Source: Calditrichia bacterium
Lineage (GTDB): Bacteria > Calditrichota > Calditrichia > JAJRVZ01
Assembly: GCA_963796965.1 (NCBI GenBank)
Contig: CAWCNS010000006.1
Location: 96,001 to 160,000, forward strand
Direction: 5' to 3'
DNA length: 64,000 nt
Shown here one piece after another: positions 31,986-42,884 of this stretch. Each line of letters begins with the position of its first letter. Within the stretch, counting starts at the first letter, position 1. Under the pieces are notes generated by a model. The model searched no databases, was not told the origin of the DNA, and saw nothing but the letters and a program-made list of their open reading frames with translations. Made by a program: the position numbers and the translations under genes.

Positions 31986-32354
31986 TTATTTTCCAAGAAT
32001 TTTCAAACGTTCTGACTTTTTTAGCCCTTTTACTACTAATTCATATGAATGATTAACCATTTCCATGATTTGATTATCATTCAATTCTCCATCCAGATAA
32101 ATCATATTCCAATGCCTTTTATTCATATGATATGCCGGTTTTATAGAGGTATAGGAAGAACGAAGGGCATCTGCTCTATCCGGATCGCATTTCACAGAGA
32201 TATAAAGTGGATTCTCCTCCCAGGCGATAAGGGCAAACATTTTACTCATGACCTTAAAAACAAGTGCCTGAGGGCCAAAAGGCAATTCTTCAGTGACAAA
32301 ATCCTTTGAGTTAAGATACATACGAATTCTCTCCAGATTCATAAAAAATCTCAC
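31986..32354 (-). CDS. MmcQ/YjbR family DNA-binding protein
   Basis: PFGPQALVFKV..KMFAL, VKCDP, PAYHMNKRHW. Start may be ATG 32342. Confidence 0.9.
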   Translation of the reverse strand: MRFFMNLERIRMYLNSKDFVTEELPFGPQALVFKVMSKMFALIAWEENPLYISVKCDPDRADALRSSYTSIKPAYHMNKRHWNMIYLDGELNDNQIMEMVNHSYELVVKGLKKSERLKILGK

Positions 32355-33187
32355 TCAAACCGACTGGCATCAGCGTAATACGTACCAAGCAGAGTCACAC
32401 TATCACAAAAAAAACTAAGTTCTTCTAAAGCGAGTTTTATAAGACGTTCCTGGGGATGGCCTTCAAAGGTTACAAAAAATTTTGCCAATTCTCTGGTTCT
32501 ACCAGGAATGTAACTTTCTAATTTTAACATATTTATTTTATTTGTGGCAAATCCACCCAAAGATTTATATAGGGCAGCTGGAATGTTCCTGGCTACAAAA
32601 ACCAGTGAAGTAAGCACCCGGCCTTTAGATGGATCCGGATTAACAGGTTGTTTCGATATTGTCAGGAAAAGGGTTGTATTATCATCTTTATCTTCAAAAT
32701 TTCTGGCTATAATTTCTAATCCATATTGTTCAGCCGCCAATTCTGATGCGAGGGCTGCTTTAGTTATATCATTGCCTTCTGCAATATCCATTGCTGCCAG
32801 AGCTGTATCTGCATAGGGGTGAGGTTTAAGATTTACCTTATGTAAGTTTTTTCGGCATTGTAATAACGCCTGGGGATGCGAGTATACAACTTTTAAAGAT
32901 TTAATATCCGCCCCTTTGGGTGCTAATAAATAATGATGGACGCGGTGAAAATATTCCTGTACAATAAATAGATTCATTTCTGGTAATAAGTTGTGAATTT
33001 CTGCCACCCGTCCAGCCTGGGAATTTTCAATTGGAATTAGACCAAGGGACACCTCTCCTGATTTAACCGCCTCGAAAACCTCCTCAAAGGATGGATAGGG
33101 CATAGACTTCATATCCGGATGTATATGGTGGCAGGCAACATCAGAATGAGCCCCCGGTACACCTTGAAAAGCAATGAGATTATTCAT
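32351..33187 (-). CDS. pheA: Monofunctional prephenate dehydratase
   Basis: AFQG.PGA, PIENS, SHPQAL.QC, N.T.F, ACT domain KLES. Confidence 0.9.
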   Translation of the reverse strand: MNNLIAFQGVPGAHSDVACHHIHPDMKSMPYPSFEEVFEAVKSGEVSLGLIPIENSQAGRVAEIHNLLPEMNLFIVQEYFHRVHHYLLAPKGADIKSLKVVYSHPQALLQCRKNLHKVNLKPHPYADTALAAMDIAEGNDITKAALASELAAEQYGLEIIARNFEDKDDNTTLFLTISKQPVNPDPSKGRVLTSLVFVARNIPAALYKSLGGFATNKINMLKLESYIPGRTRELAKFFVTFEGHPQERLIKLALEELSFFCDSVTLLGTYYADASRFE

Positions 33188-33415
33188 AAGAATGTTTATC
33201 GTTTTGTGATTAGATTGTTTAACTGCAATAATTATTTGTCTATTATAGAAAGAGACATTTTAATCTGCTTTTTCATTGATTTAAATATTACGATTAATAC
33301 AATTCCGTTTCAAATTATATTAACAGTAAAAACTCCCATCTAATTACAAAATTTTTCTGTAAAAAGTGAATTTCATATCGATGATCAAACTCTTTATATA
33401 CAATAATATTTATTA

Positions 33416-33444
33416 TTGACATTCTTTTGATACTTTGGTAAGAT
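33416..33444 (+). promoter_or_regulatory. Sigma70 promoter of the aro leader/DAHPS transcript
   Basis: TTGACA-17nt-TAAGAT with extended -10 TGn. Confidence 0.7.
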
Positions 33445-33465
33445 TAATCAAAGGAAAAAGTTCTA

Positions 33466-33546
33466 ATGACAACTATTAATACACGCTGGTATTTTTATTA
33501 TTTTATGGTTTTTGCTCTCAAAGGGGCGCTCAAAAGTGTGTATTGA
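33466..33546 (+). CDS. Aromatic amino acid attenuator leader peptide MTTINTRWYFYYFMVFALKGALKSVY
   Basis: SD AAGGA, six consecutive aromatic codons W-Y-F-Y-Y-F, followed by a terminator, upstream of DAHPS-CM. Confidence 0.85.
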   Translation: MTTINTRWYFYYFMVFALKGALKSVY

Positions 33547-33571
33547 TTTAAAATACTATTTATGCACTTCT

Positions 33572-33602
33572 AAGCCCCGGACTTAATCGGGGCTTTTTTT
33601 TT
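33572..33602 (+). terminator. Attenuator terminator
   Basis: AAGCCCCG-gacttaat-CGGGGCTT plus a T tract. Its 5' arm can alternatively pair with GGGGC at 33523-33527. Confidence 0.85.
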
Positions 33603-33644
33603 GTCAAAATTTCGAATATTATTTTTATAAGGCAGAGGTCTAAA

Positions 33645-34745
33645 ATGAACATTAAAATGAGGGAGCGGGATTCGAAAACCCTTGATCAGTGGAAAACACT
33701 AAAGGATAAACCACTAATTATCGCAGGGCCATGTAGTGCTGAAAGTGAAGAGCAAATCATGAGCACAGCCTATCAACTTTCTCGTATATCGGATGTAGCG
33801 ATTTTTCGAGCTGGTATTTGGAAACCTCGTACCCGTCCCAATGGATTTGAAGGTATAGGCAAAGAGGGTTTGCATTGGCTTCAGCGGGTTAAAAAAGAAA
33901 CGGGTCTCCCAACGGCAATAGAAGTTGCAAATGCAAATCATGTATATGAAGCACTCAAGTTTGGGATCGATGTATTATGGATTGGAGCGAGAACCTCTGT
34001 TAATCCGTTTTCAGTACAAGAAATTGCTAATGCCTTACAAGGTGTCGATATACCTGTACTTGTAAAAAATCCTGTCAATCCCGATCTTAATTCCTGGATC
34101 GGTGCCTTGGAGAGAGTTGCACAATCAGGTATCAAACGTCTCGGTGCAATCCATAGAGGATTTTCAACTATTGAAAAATCCCCTTTTAGAAATGCTCCAA
34201 AATGGGAAATACCGGTTGAATTAAAGAGGTTGATGCCAGAGATTCCAATTATCTGCGATCCTAGCCACATTGCTGGAAATCGAGATGCGATTGCAGAATT
34301 ATCTCAAAATGCCCTTGATCTGGCAATGGAAGGATTAATGATCGAGAGTCATGTTGATCCAGATAATGCTGTTAGCGATGCACGGCAGCAAATCACACCC
34401 GAGGCATTAGAAGCCATTCTCAGCACATTGACAGTGCGCCGACCAGAAGGTGATGGCAAAAGTGGTGCTGAAATTTTAGATTTGCTTCGGCGGGAAATTG
34501 ATGAAGTGGATTGGGCGCTATTAGAACTTTTACAACGGAGATCTGAAATTGCGACAAAAATGGGACATTTTAAGAAAAATCATAACATGACTATTTTACA
34601 GGTAAATCGTTGGCAGGAGCTATTAGAAAATCGTCTGCAAAAAGCTAGAAACCTGGGGATCGACGAGAAGATGGTTAAAGATATATATCAATTACTACAC
34701 AAACAGTCTTTTAGGATTCAGAGTGAATTATTGAATAAGAGATAA
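33645..34745 (+). CDS. Bifunctional DAHP synthase (type I-beta-like) / C-terminal chorismate mutase, Bacteroidota type
   Basis: IAGPCSAES, WKPRTRP, WIGART, CDPSH, and a C-terminal AroQ domain LRREIDEVD. Confidence 0.92.
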   Translation: MNIKMRERDSKTLDQWKTLKDKPLIIAGPCSAESEEQIMSTAYQLSRISDVAIFRAGIWKPRTRPNGFEGIGKEGLHWLQRVKKETGLPTAIEVANANHVYEALKFGIDVLWIGARTSVNPFSVQEIANALQGVDIPVLVKNPVNPDLNSWIGALERVAQSGIKRLGAIHRGFSTIEKSPFRNAPKWEIPVELKRLMPEIPIICDPSHIAGNRDAIAELSQNALDLAMEGLMIESHVDPDNAVSDARQQITPEALEAILSTLTVRRPEGDGKSGAEILDLLRREIDEVDWALLELLQRRSEIATKMGHFKKNHNMTILQVNRWQELLENRLQKARNLGIDEKMVKDIYQLLHKQSFRIQSELLNKR

Positions 34746-34816
34746 GGATACGCAATACATGACCATGCTATGCAAATTATGAACAAAGGCCTGAAACAAA
34801 GTTTCTGGCTTTCCGA

Positions 34817-36415
34817 TCAATAATTAATAACCTGTTTTTCAGGTTTGTGCATTTTTTGGATTTTATAATTCAAACTATCATTGAGAGCTTGCAAACTGGC
34901 TTCAATAATATCATGAGATACACCTACTGTTGACCACATATTATTTCCATCACCAGATTCGACAAGCACGCGCACCTTTGCTGCTGTACCATTTCGTTCA
35001 TTAAGTACTCTTACCTTATAATCAATTAAATGAGTATCTTTTATTTCCGGATAGAATCTTTTCAAAGCCTTTCTTAATGCTTTATCAAGAGCATTGACCG
35101 GTCCATTTCCGTCAGCAGCAGTATGTTCTTCCTCATCTCCAACTTTTACCTTTAGAACAGCCTCAGCGTATTTGTGCCCCTCCGGACTAAAAAGGACATT
35201 AATTTTAGTGTAAATGACCTCAAAGAACGGTTCGAACTCATTCAATTCAGCTAATAAAAGCAACTCAAAAGAGGCTTCTGCCCCATCAAATTGAAAGCCT
35301 TCATACTCAAGTGATTTAATCTGGTTAACAAATTTTTTACTAAATTCTTTGTCTTCTGGAAGATTTATCCCAAACTCATGCGCTTTGTATCGAATATTAC
35401 TCCCACCCGAAAGATCAGAAATAATTACATGTTGACGATTTCCAATATTTGTAGGATCTATATGTTCATACATTCTGCTATCTTTCAGGATAGAGCTAAC
35501 GTGTATACCCCCTTTATGCGTAAAGGCATATTTCCCCACAAATGCCGCTCTATTATTAGGAACCTGATTCATAAGTTCATCGACATAATGAGAAAGTGAC
35601 GTTAATTTATCAAGATTTTCAACCTGGTTAGTTTTAACCCCCAGTTTTAGATTAAGATTAGGTATTACACTACAAAGATTCGCATTTCCACATCTTTCAC
35701 CAAACCCATTAATAGTACCTTGAACATGAACAGCTCCAGATCTTACTGCTTGAATTGTATTTGCCACAGCAACATCCCCATCATTGTGAGCATGAATTCC
35801 CAGAGGGCTCGTTATTGATTTTTTTACCACCTCAAATATATCAGACACCTCATTGGGTAATGTTCCCCCATTCGTATCACAAAGCACTACCACATCTGCC
35901 CCACCCGTTTCTGCAGCCTGAAGCATTTTAATAGCAAATTCCTGATCATCCTTGTAGCCATCAAAAAAATGCTCAGCATCAAAAACGACTTCTCTGCCAC
36001 TCTCTTTTAAGAATTGAACAGATTTGAAAATTAATTCTTCATTTTCTTCATCAGATAATCCTAAACTTTTATCAGAATGCAGGCGCCAGGTTTTTCCAAA
36101 TATAGAGATGGCTGGTGTTTCCGATTTAAGCAACTTTTGTAGATTAATATCTGTTTTTACACTTTTGGGATTTCGAGCGGTTGATCCAAAAGCACAGATC
36201 TTTGCATACTTTAGAGACAGTTTCTTTACTTCTTCAAAGTACTCTTCATCTCTGGGGTTGCTTCCTGGCCAACCTCCTTCAATGTATTCAACACCAAATT
36301 CATCCAATTTTTGGGTGATCAGCAATTTATCCTGAATTGATACACTTATCGAAGCTGATTGGGTACCATCCCTCAGCGTTGTATCAAATATGTTTACAAA
36401 AACATTATCTTTCAT
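34817..36415 (-). CDS. cimA: Citramalate synthase
   Basis: DTTLRDGTQ, YIEGGWPGSNP, FDAEHFFDG, HKGGIH. Confidence 0.92.
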   Translation of the reverse strand: MKDNVFVNIFDTTLRDGTQSASISVSIQDKLLITQKLDEFGVEYIEGGWPGSNPRDEEYFEEVKKLSLKYAKICAFGSTARNPKSVKTDINLQKLLKSETPAISIFGKTWRLHSDKSLGLSDEENEELIFKSVQFLKESGREVVFDAEHFFDGYKDDQEFAIKMLQAAETGGADVVVLCDTNGGTLPNEVSDIFEVVKKSITSPLGIHAHNDGDVAVANTIQAVRSGAVHVQGTINGFGERCGNANLCSVIPNLNLKLGVKTNQVENLDKLTSLSHYVDELMNQVPNNRAAFVGKYAFTHKGGIHVSSILKDSRMYEHIDPTNIGNRQHVIISDLSGGSNIRYKAHEFGINLPEDKEFSKKFVNQIKSLEYEGFQFDGAEASFELLLLAELNEFEPFFEVIYTKINVLFSPEGHKYAEAVLKVKVGDEEEHTAADGNGPVNALDKALRKALKRFYPEIKDTHLIDYKVRVLNERNGTAAKVRVLVESGDGNNMWSTVGVSHDIIEASLQALNDSLNYKIQKMHKPEKQVINY

Positions 36416-36442
36416 AATAGGCCTCTTTTTCTGAGAGTCTTC

Positions 36443-37000
36443 TTATATCATCCCCTCATCCCTGGCATAGTTAAATACGCCACCAGCCTCTATAATAGGC
36501 AGCACCGCGCCAGGTGATTTAAGATGAAATGTTTTTCCGGATGTTTTATTTTCCAAAATATTTTTTTCAAAGTTTATTTCTAAATCGTCACCGGTTTCAA
36601 TTTCAGAGACAAGGTTGATTTCGCTTTCCAGAGGAATCAAGAATCCACCATCTACCGCATTTCTGTAAAATATTCGGGCATAAGATTCTGCAATAATTGC
36701 TTTTACCCCAGCTTTATTGAGGGCAAAAGGAGCATGTTCCCGAGAGGAACCACAACCAAAATTTGATCCACCAATTATAATATGATACTCAGACAAATGC
36801 TTATCCCCATCAATAAAAGGTGTTTGCCCAGCTGGAAGCCCGGCTTGTTCTATTGGAACACCTGATAAAGCAAAGCGACCATATTTTTTTGATTCTTCCG
36901 GATCGGAGAGACTATAAACCAAATGTTCCGCGGGTATAATTTGATCGGTATCAATATTCACACCTAACACATAGGCTTTTCCAGTAATTTGCTTTTCCAT
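36443..37000 (-). CDS. leuD: 3-isopropylmalate dehydratase small subunit (plant/archaeal-like type)
   Basis: NIDTDQIIPAEHL, NFGCGSSREHAP, SYARIFYRN. Confidence 0.9.
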   Translation of the reverse strand: MEKQITGKAYVLGVNIDTDQIIPAEHLVYSLSDPEESKKYGRFALSGVPIEQAGLPAGQTPFIDGDKHLSEYHIIIGGSNFGCGSSREHAPFALNKAGVKAIIAESYARIFYRNAVDGGFLIPLESEINLVSEIETGDDLEINFEKNILENKTSGKTFHLKSPGAVLPIIEAGGVFNYARDEGMI

Positions 37001-37168
37001 ATAAATTCCCAGATATATTCTCAGACTATAATTTGTTTTTAATATCACTATTAGTTTGAATTATATTCAAATATAAAATCTCTCTTTGTTCAAAGATCTA
37101 ATTATATAAACAGAACATCGAATTTAGAGGTGATAAATATTTCAATTCTTTTTAATAAAAATGTTGTT

Positions 37169-38467
37169 CTAAATTAAAAACTCGCGCGGATCGGTTATTT
37201 CTCCTTTAATAGCAGATGCAGCAACCGTCAATGGTGATGCCAGGTACACTTCCGATTGTTTGCTCCCCATTCGTCCCGGAAAATTCCGGTTAGTTGTTGA
37301 AATCACAATATCACGATCTATGGCTCGTCCAATTGTGTCATCAGGACCTCCCAAACAAGCGGCACAGGAAGATTGGGCGATTACACAGCCTGCTTTTTCA
37401 AGAATTTCTTTTATAGATACACCATTATAAGTTTCTATTTCTAATCGTTTTGCTGTATCGGTACTGGCTGGTACAACAAATGTGGTTACCTTAACTTCGT
37501 GTCCCATTAGAATCTTTGCTGCAGCGATAAAATCATTGATTTTACCTCCTGTGCAGGATCCGATATAACATTTGGTTAGTTTTTCCCCTTGCACATTTCT
37601 TACAGTATCTTTGTTGTCCGGACTGTGAGGCTTAGCTACTAATGGCTCAATTTTTTCAGTATCATAATTAAATTTTTTAAAATATGAAGCATCGTTGTCA
37701 CTTCTGAATTTTTCAAAGCTGATTTTTGACACTTTCTTAAGATATTCTTCAGTCGTTTCATCAGCAGCAATTATACCATTCATAACTCCAGCTTCAATCG
37801 CCATATTACACAATGTCATCCTCTCATACATATCTAAGGATGTAACAGATGATCCATCAAACTCAAGAGCACGGTATGTACCCCCATCCGTCGTAATGTC
37901 ACCAAGAACTTGTAAGATTAAATCCTTTGCTGTCAGATATGAAGGCATTTCACCGTTAAAGGTAAATTTCATTGATTCGGGTACTTTTTCCCAGATCTTT
38001 CCTGTACCCAAAATAAAGGCCGCGTCTGTATTTCCCACACCCGTAGCAAACATACCAAAAGCCCCTGATGTGCAGGTGTGTGAATCAGTACCAATCAGAA
38101 CAGTTCCTGGAATATTATACCCCTCTTCTGCCAGAGCAATATGACAAACACCCTTGTATCGTTCTGTACCTACATCATAATAATTAGGTAAGTCATATTC
38201 TTTTGCAAAATCACGTAGAATTTGTACGTTTCTATTCGCATGCACATTTGCAGTAAAGATATAATGATCAGGAAAAATAACGAGTTTATTTTTATCCCAT
38301 ATTTTAGCCTTTTCACCAAATTCGTTTTTCCAGATTTGGATTGTGGGCGGGCCACAGACATCATGGGTCATTAAAGTATCAACATTCAGCCAGACATTCT
38401 CACCGGGAACAACCTTATCTTTGCCTGATGATTTTGCCATTATTTTTTCTGTTATCGTCATGCCCAT
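37169..38467 (-). CDS. leuC: 3-isopropylmalate dehydratase large subunit (homoaconitase/plant-like type)
   Basis: MGMTITEKI, THDVCGP, GTDSHTCT, IGSCTGG, CAACLGG, NRNFPGRMG. Confidence 0.9.
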   Translation of the reverse strand: MGMTITEKIMAKSSGKDKVVPGENVWLNVDTLMTHDVCGPPTIQIWKNEFGEKAKIWDKNKLVIFPDHYIFTANVHANRNVQILRDFAKEYDLPNYYDVGTERYKGVCHIALAEEGYNIPGTVLIGTDSHTCTSGAFGMFATGVGNTDAAFILGTGKIWEKVPESMKFTFNGEMPSYLTAKDLILQVLGDITTDGGTYRALEFDGSSVTSLDMYERMTLCNMAIEAGVMNGIIAADETTEEYLKKVSKISFEKFRSDNDASYFKKFNYDTEKIEPLVAKPHSPDNKDTVRNVQGEKLTKCYIGSCTGGKINDFIAAAKILMGHEVKVTTFVVPASTDTAKRLEIETYNGVSIKEILEKAGCVIAQSSCAACLGGPDDTIGRAIDRDIVISTTNRNFPGRMGSKQSEVYLASPLTVAASAIKGEITDPREFLI

Positions 38468-38491
38468 AACTAGAAGCACCTTTCTATATAA

Positions 38492-40042
38492 CTACTTTTT
38501 GCTTTTTATGTTTGTATCTTTTTCCAATAGGTTTATGGCATTTAAATAGGCTTTTGCGCTGGCCTCAATAATATCCGTTGAAACACCACGGCCTAAATAG
38601 CTTTTTTCACCATTTCTGATCCTAACCAAGGCTTCACCCATAGCCTGACGACCTTCAGTTACAGATCGTACCTGGTATGATTCAACGCGGTACTTGCATC
38701 CTAAAGCACGGTCAATGGAATTGAACACCGCATCTACCGGTCCATCGCCCGTAGCAGAATCGCTAATCAATTTTCCATCAACCATCAATTTTAAACTTGC
38801 AGTAGGAATAGCATGCGACCCTGAATGAACCTGGATCTGTTCAAGATGAAAATGAGAAGCATCAAGATAAAGTTCATCCCCCATCAACACACGTAAATCA
38901 TCATCATAAACTTCTTTTTTCTTATCGGCCAGATTAGTAAAAAGAGAATAAAGACGATCTAAATCCTCATCAGACACCTTGTATCCAAGCTCATTGAGTC
39001 TGACTTTTAATCCATGTCTGCCGGAATGTCTGCCAAGAACAATTTTTGTTTTTGGCACTCCTACTCTGTCAGGAGTCATAATTTCATAAGTATTTCTATT
39101 TTTTAGCATTCCATCCTGATGAATGCCAGACTCATGGGCAAAAGCATTTCTACCGACGATCGCTTTATTTGGTTGGACAACGAGACCGGTGAATGCTGAG
39201 ACCATGTGACTGGAATTATAAATTTCCTTCGTATCCACGCCCGTCTTGTAAGAAAGCAGATCCTGTCGCACATCTAAGGCCATAACAATTTCTTCAAGAG
39301 ATGCATTACCAGCCCGTTCTCCGATTCCGTTCACCGTGCACTCAACCTGACGTGCTCCTTCTGCAATAGCCGCTAATGAATTCGCAACAGCAAGTCCCAA
39401 ATCATCATGGCAATGTACACTAATTATTGCCTGATCAATATTTTTAACTTTTTGTTTTATTGTGCGAATTTTTTCGGCAAATTCTGTGGGTAATGTATAT
39501 CCCGTTGTATCAGGGATATTAACTGTATTTGCCCCAACTTCAATAGCAGCTTCAATTACGTCACATAAATATTCAAGATCTGTCCGACCGGCATCCTCTG
39601 CAGAAAATTCGACATCATCACAAAAAGTTTTTGCATACTGTACAGCATCCCGGGACATTTTTATAATAGTCTCTCTTTTCTCTGCAAGAGTTTGACCATA
39701 TCGCTTGTGAGCAAATTTCCCTAATATGTGCTGATCTGAAGTGCTGTTAAATGTATGAATTCTTTTTCTTGGGGCATCACTAATCGCCTCCGCCGCCTTT
39801 TTAATATCTATTTCTTTGGAACGTGCCAGAGCGGCAATAATAAGATTTACTTCACCTGATATTCGCTTTACTGCTTCAAATTGTGCTGGCGATGATACAG
39901 GAAATCCTGCTTCAATCACATCTACTTTTAATTTTTCCAGTTGACGAGCAATTTCAAGTTTTTCAAAAATATTTAAGGATGCACCAGGAGACTGTTCTCC
40001 ATCTCTTAAAGTTGTATCGAATACAAGAATCTGATTTTTCAT
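38492..40042 (-). CDS. leuA: 2-isopropylmalate synthase
   Basis: DTTLRDGEQSPG, HCHDDLG, GERAGN, HESGIHQDG, regulatory domain. Confidence 0.95.
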   Translation of the reverse strand: MKNQILVFDTTLRDGEQSPGASLNIFEKLEIARQLEKLKVDVIEAGFPVSSPAQFEAVKRISGEVNLIIAALARSKEIDIKKAAEAISDAPRKRIHTFNSTSDQHILGKFAHKRYGQTLAEKRETIIKMSRDAVQYAKTFCDDVEFSAEDAGRTDLEYLCDVIEAAIEVGANTVNIPDTTGYTLPTEFAEKIRTIKQKVKNIDQAIISVHCHDDLGLAVANSLAAIAEGARQVECTVNGIGERAGNASLEEIVMALDVRQDLLSYKTGVDTKEIYNSSHMVSAFTGLVVQPNKAIVGRNAFAHESGIHQDGMLKNRNTYEIMTPDRVGVPKTKIVLGRHSGRHGLKVRLNELGYKVSDEDLDRLYSLFTNLADKKKEVYDDDLRVLMGDELYLDASHFHLEQIQVHSGSHAIPTASLKLMVDGKLISDSATGDGPVDAVFNSIDRALGCKYRVESYQVRSVTEGRQAMGEALVRIRNGEKSYLGRGVSTDIIEASAKAYLNAINLLEKDTNIKSKK

Positions 40043-40243
40043 TTTGGATCTCCAAGATAAATATTACTTAAAACCGCCCTTTCACTCATGCCTATTCAAT
40101 TTTATGTGAAAACCAAATCACTTTAGATCGAGGAGTGAGATAAAATAGGAACCGTGTAATATCACCTTTTTCCAATCTTTTTTATTATTATTCATGAGGG
40201 TCGTATTCTTACGTATCCCTCTGAGAACATTTTCTGCATATAT

Positions 40244-41341
40244 TTAGAGGGTAAATACCCCAATGGCATGATTATTAAATATTTCTTCTACATTCTTTAG
40301 TATTGTCTCTGACATCTCTGTTGTGGAGACCAATGTCATCCCCTCTGAGTGGATATCATTAGTTCGATGCCCCTGTTCAAGGGTTTGTTCTATGGCCTCT
40401 TCAATAATTTGCGCAGCCTGGGTCATTTGAAACGTGTGATTGAACATCATCGCTACCGATGATAGCATAGCAATTGGATTGGCCATATTCTTACCAGCAA
40501 TATCAGGTGCACTTCCATGAACAGGTTCATATAGGGCATATTTATCACCTATACTGGCCGAGGGCAACATACCAAGACTGCCTGTAATCATCCCGGCTAT
40601 ATCACTCAGGATATCTCCAAAAAGATTTGATGTCACCAGTATGTCGAACTGTAATGGATCACGAACAATTTGCATTGCTGCATTATCAACATACATATTC
40701 TGTAATTCAATATCCGGAAATTCTTTCTTAATCTCCTGCACACGTGAGCGCCAGAACTGAGAGACTTCTAATACATTAGCCTTATCAACAGATAGGACCC
40801 TTTTGCTTCTATCCTTAGCCATGACAAATGCCATTCGAACAATGCGGTCAACTTCTTCCTGCAAATAAACCATTGTATTCCAGCCTTTTTTATCATCATA
40901 ACCGCGGGGCTCTCCGAAATAAATCCCACCGGTGAGCTCTCTTAGGACTATGAAATCAGTTCCTTTAAGTACATCGGCTCGGAGAGAAGAAGCATCCAGA
41001 AATGCCGGATAAACTTTTGCCGGCCTTATATTTGCGTATAAGGACAGAGACTTTCTTAACTTTAACAGCCCCGCTTCCGGCTTAATGTGATGCTCCAAAT
41101 CTTCCCACTGCGTACCACCTACCGCACCCAGAAGTACAGCATCAGCACTATAGCAAGCCTCAATTGTATCATCAGTAAGCGGAATACCAAATTTATCAAT
41201 TGAAGCCCCACCAACTAACTTATTAATAAAACTCACATTAATATTATACCGGTCAGCCACAAGATTTACCAGCCTTACGGCAGATTCCATGATTTCCGGG
41301 CCAATACCATCACCTGGCAAAAGTGTTATTTTAATATTCAT
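40244..41341 (-). CDS. leuB: 3-isopropylmalate dehydrogenase
   Basis: GDGIGPE, RELTGGIYFG, DKANVL, EPVHGSAPDIAG. Confidence 0.96.
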   Translation of the reverse strand: MNIKITLLPGDGIGPEIMESAVRLVNLVADRYNINVSFINKLVGGASIDKFGIPLTDDTIEACYSADAVLLGAVGGTQWEDLEHHIKPEAGLLKLRKSLSLYANIRPAKVYPAFLDASSLRADVLKGTDFIVLRELTGGIYFGEPRGYDDKKGWNTMVYLQEEVDRIVRMAFVMAKDRSKRVLSVDKANVLEVSQFWRSRVQEIKKEFPDIELQNMYVDNAAMQIVRDPLQFDILVTSNLFGDILSDIAGMITGSLGMLPSASIGDKYALYEPVHGSAPDIAGKNMANPIAMLSSVAMMFNHTFQMTQAAQIIEEAIEQTLEQGHRTNDIHSEGMTLVSTTEMSETILKNVEEIFNNHAIGVFTL

Positions 41342-41359
41342 GATTTCGTTCTACTTTCA

Positions 41360-42352
41360 TTAACTATTTTTAACCCAGGACATCATACCACGTAATTTTG
41401 CCCCGACCTTTTCTATCCTATGTTCTTTGGTTTCTTCTCTCAGTCTCTTCATATTAGGCTGGCCTGCAGCATACTCATCCAGCCATTCCTGAGCAAATTT
41501 ACCATTTTGAACTTCTCCCAACATTTGTTTCATCGCTTTTTTTGTATCATCGGTTATAATCTTTGGTCCTCTGCTCATACCGCCATATTCGGCAGTATCA
41601 CTAACCGAATAATTCATACGACTCAATCCACCCTCGTAGAAGAGATCTACAATAAGTTTCAGCTCATGCATACATTCAAAATAAGCTAATTCTTCAGGAT
41701 ATCCGCCTTCAACCAATGTATCAAATCCGGCCTTAATTAATTCAGCCGATCCGCCACAGAGGACAGCTTGTTCTCCAAATAAATCAGTTTCGGTTTCATC
41801 TTTAAAATTAGTCTCAATTACACCGGCGCGAGTCCCACCGATTCCTTTAGCCCAGGCAAGAGCTAAATCTTTTGTATTTCCTGAGGGATCCTGATAAATA
41901 GCGATCAGGCAGGGAACCCCACTTCCTTCTGTAAATGTTCGTCTTACCAGGTGTCCAGGACTTTTTGGAGCAACCATCATAACGTTAACATTTGCAGGGG
42001 GAATAATTTGTTTATAATGAATGTTAAAACCATGAGCAAAAACCAGTGTATCACCCTCTTTTAAATTTGGTGCAATGGCATCATCATAGACCATCTTCTG
42101 TATTTGATCCGGTAAAAGAACCATAATTACTGTGGCAATTTTTACAGCGTCCGATGCCTCCATAACCTCAAATCCAGCCTCCTTAGCCTTTGTCCAGGCC
42201 TCTCCTCCTTTAACTTCAGCTATTATTACATCCATACCACTTTCTTTTAGATTTAAAGCATGGGCATGTCCCTGACTTCCGTATCCTAGTATCGCAATTT
42301 TCTTTGATTTTAGACTATCTAAATTCGCATCGGAATCATAATAGATATTCAT
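41360..42352 (-). CDS. ilvC: Ketol-acid reductoisomerase
   Basis: [27 protein letters not shown]. Confidence 0.97.
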   Translation of the reverse strand: MNIYYDSDANLDSLKSKKIAILGYGSQGHAHALNLKESGMDVIIAEVKGGEAWTKAKEAGFEVMEASDAVKIATVIMVLLPDQIQKMVYDDAIAPNLKEGDTLVFAHGFNIHYKQIIPPANVNVMMVAPKSPGHLVRRTFTEGSGVPCLIAIYQDPSGNTKDLALAWAKGIGGTRAGVIETNFKDETETDLFGEQAVLCGGSAELIKAGFDTLVEGGYPEELAYFECMHELKLIVDLFYEGGLSRMNYSVSDTAEYGGMSRGPKIITDDTKKAMKQMLGEVQNGKFAQEWLDEYAAGQPNMKRLREETKEHRIEKVGAKLRGMMSWVKNS

Positions 42353-42363
42353 TATATATACTC

Positions 42364-42882
42364 CTATAATTTTGTAAGATCTAATTCTTTTTTTGCATTT
42401 ATCACTTGGTCACCACGCCTAAGAGCAACCGTTCCAGATCTTGCCATTTCTTTTATCCCAAAAGGTAATAAGACGTTCACCGCTGCATTAACTTTAGCCG
42501 GTGGGCCAGTAACCTCTAACGTGATACTTTTGTTATTAATATCAACAACTTTACCACGAAAAATATCATTGATATTTTTTAATTCCTCGAGCCCGCCTTT
42601 CGGATAATTAACAGTTATAAGGGCTAATTCGCGTTCGGTGCGATCATTTTGTGTTAGGTCAAGAACTTTGATTGTATCAACCAAACGATTGAGTTGTTTG
42701 ACAACCTGACCGATCATCTGGTCATTTCCTGAGGTAACAATGGTCATCCGTGAAATCTCGCGGATTTCAGTTTCACCTATAGAGATACTATGTAAATTAA
42801 AGCCTTTGGCACTAAACATGGTTGCAACCCTATCAAAGGCACCAAAACTATTTTCAACCAATAGCGAAATTGTACGTTTCAT
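42364..42882 (-). CDS. ilvN: Acetolactate synthase small subunit
   Basis: ACT domain, [20 protein letters not shown]. Confidence 0.93.
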   Translation of the reverse strand: MKRTISLLVENSFGAFDRVATMFSAKGFNLHSISIGETEIREISRMTIVTSGNDQMIGQVVKQLNRLVDTIKVLDLTQNDRTERELALITVNYPKGGLEELKNINDIFRGKVVDINNKSITLEVTGPPAKVNAAVNVLLPFGIKEMARSGTVALRRGDQVINAKKELDLTKL

Positions 42883-42884
42883 AA

